Of a stretch of 64,000 bases of DNA, positions 62,188 through 64,000 are shown one piece after another (within the stretch, counting starts at the first letter, position 1; each line of letters opens with the position of its first letter). The DNA comes from Neoechinorhynchus agilis (Eukaryota > Animalia > Acanthocephala). The stretch is from the NCBI GenBank assembly GCA_051530055.1, contig CM121341.1, forward strand, positions 14,920,784 to 14,984,783. The letters run 5' to 3'. The translations under genes were made by a program, and so were the position numbers. The notes below the pieces were generated by a model. The model did no database searches. It was given only the letters and a program-made list of their open reading frames with translations, and was not told the origin of the DNA.

Positions 62188-62530
62188 ATTATTTTATCTT
62201 TTTTTAATTCTGGCTAGCCGGTTACATATATTCTGTGTTGAAGTGAGGCCTTTTCCACGACTGATGATTTTCCTTGGATATACAACCCACTGGTATGCTT
62301 CAAGGAAGCGCCCACTAGGCCATCTCGACACAACTACGGAATGTGAAAACTCTGCTAGTTTTTAGATTGGGCCAAGTATTGAATTATTTTATCTTTAAGT
62401 CTCTATAGCCGGTTACATTTATTCTCTAAGTGTTGTGAGCATCCCGAAAATTATCAGCCGTGTAATGGATGTTCACTTCAACACTTAGAAAAAATGTATC
62501 AGGCTAGTTATACATAAGATAAAAATAATT
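62188..62530. repeat. Three related ~60-nt units, two forming a hairpin (62383-62530)
   Basis: attattttatctt..tagccggttacat..gtgttg occurs at ~62188 and ~62383, with an inverted copy at ~62475-62530. gtgagcatcc pairs with ggatgttcac. Confidence 0.7.
62272..62329 (-). pseudogene. tRNA-Leu/Ser-like relic or SINE head
   Basis: The reverse complement gtcgagatggcctagtgg-gcgc...gtgggttgtatatcc resembles an A box (TGGCCNAGTGG) and a degenerate B box. No intact cloverleaf. Confidence 0.3.
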
Positions 62531-63177
62531 AGAAAAAATGTAACCAAAGGTCATACAAAAGTGTAAGGTATCGGCGGAGAATATGTTGAACAGCACTAAA
62601 GTGTTGCCATGTGATGAGATTACATGAGTTAATTTTTTCTTGGATAATCGACCAACTCAGATTCGAGTTTTTAAAATAGTCGCGACGGCAAAAAGAATTG
62701 CATTAAGTGCTGCAGTCGGTAAAGAATTAAGCCGATAACGGATCGATATATCGATAAAATACGAAAAAGTGAATTCCAAGGATACCGTTGATGGCAAATT
62801 GAATTATAAAATGCAAGTGTTTACTTCAGGATTGGAAATTCTTCGAAGAATGAATAGAAATACACAGTAGAAACGAAAAAACCCAACAACAAACTGACGT
62901 CACGGATCCACTTTACACTGGAGTTACACAAGTATTAGCAGCATGGCTGAAAATAGTCTTCGTAGTTACTTCATTAAATCTAACTTTTTGTTAATTTGAA
63001 ATAAGATTGTATTTATAGGAAGAATACATAATCACAACTAGCCAAATCAATCCATTGGCGAATTCCACTAATGACATTCAGTCACAAAATTTCGGCTAGG
63101 ACGTCATTGGTGATCTTCTTTCGTACTTCATCTCTAACATTGATTTTTCCATCTTTGGTGCACAGCGACGAAAGGAG

Positions 63178-63540
63178 ATGGATAGTGTGAAAGAGGAAAA
63201 TGATTTGTACTCTTTACTTGGAATCACTCGGTCCGCAACACTCAAGCAAATCCAAAATGCATTTCACAACGCCAGCCTCGAATTTCATCCCGATAGGGTC
63301 GAAACGGAGCTGCAAGCGGATGCTGCTAAGATGTTCGTTAGACTAAAGCGAGCCTATGACATTTTAAGTGATCCGGATAAACGAGCACTTTATGATGCAG
63401 TTGGTGAACGTGCCTTCCAAATGGGTGGTATGCAAATCGTGGCTGCGCGTTGCAAAACACCGGCAGAAATCCTTTCCGATTTCTACCAGGAGGAAGAACG
63501 AAGGCGAGAAGCCACGTTTCAGGCAGGAATTAACCAAAAG
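63178..63540 (+). CDS. DNAJC11: DNAJC11-like co-chaperone, first exon
   Basis: J domain with HPD, then AYDILSDPDKRALYD..G and KTPAEI...INQK|gtgagc, matching DNAJC11 RTPAEIREEF...TNPK. The gene continues beyond this exon. Confidence 0.85.
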
Positions 63541-64000
63541 GTGAGCTTATCTCACGGGAGACGAATTTCATTCTTATTCGAATCGAATTGTTCGTGAATC
63601 GATAACAGACCATCGGGCGAAATTCTTCACTAACAATTATGAGCGTGACACTAAAGACCTTTTAGGCTCTGGCTGTAAACCAATGGACCGATTACTTTTC
63701 CGTTGGATCATATTCTGGCTTGTGATTTCATAGTTTTCTCTATTGATCGTTAAAGGTCTTTCTGTGTGCATATTCAGAAATACGTTTTTGGGTGCATCGC
63801 CTCTCGGTTTCTTGGATTACTAATGACTTGAATACAGATTTAAAACTCAATTCTACTGCCAATATTATATTTATATGTGTTCTTTGGTGATTCTTAAAAT
63901 AGAGACTGTTTTATTGATCTCAATATTTCGTCCATTTCGTCGAACGTTTGTTTGTAAGTAACTGACAAGTACAAGCAACCTGAAGAAGACGGACGAAATA

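Noticed and set aside
63979-64000. CTGAAGA...GAAA at the window end as a hammerhead
   Set aside because: No stem II can form; possibly part of the next DNAJC11 exon, and truncated by the window.
1-64000. CRISPR arrays, rRNA, intact tRNA, snRNA or spliced-leader genes, LTR elements
   Set aside because: No regularly spaced repeat-spacer array or recognisable signature found by eye; a covariance-model scan would be needed to exclude small RNAs.

Overview
AT-rich animal genomic DNA with fast-evolving genes and many tiny (about 43-55 nt) GT-AG introns. I saw no prokaryotic features, CRISPR arrays or rRNA. The left ~34 kb is gene-rich: Smaug/SAMD4 (+), CLASP (+), an orphan Cys-rich type I membrane protein, two orphan secreted proteins, Six1/2 (-) and an HYKK/APH-fold gene with degenerate catalytic motifs (-). 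The 34-59.5 kb stretch is mostly non-LTR retrotransposon debris from three groups (RTE, CR1/L2-like, CRE-like with restriction-like endonuclease) plus TA-flanked foldback/MITE elements. Interleaved with it are an SLC35A-like transporter, a truncated KAP3/KIFAP3-like gene, an orphan coiled-coil gene, and an EamA/SLC35G-like gene broken into three collinear pieces and partly duplicated. The window ends with an intronless divergent actin (CArG + TATA promoter) and exon 1 of DNAJC11. The most unusual items are the putative APH/HYKK pseudokinase, three minimal hammerhead-like motifs (two as an inverted pair), a strongly C-rich/G-poor LINE whose two copies share a frameshift, an in-window empty/filled-site duplication, and actin substitutions at filament interfaces. 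All homology calls come from recalled family motifs; no database search was run.
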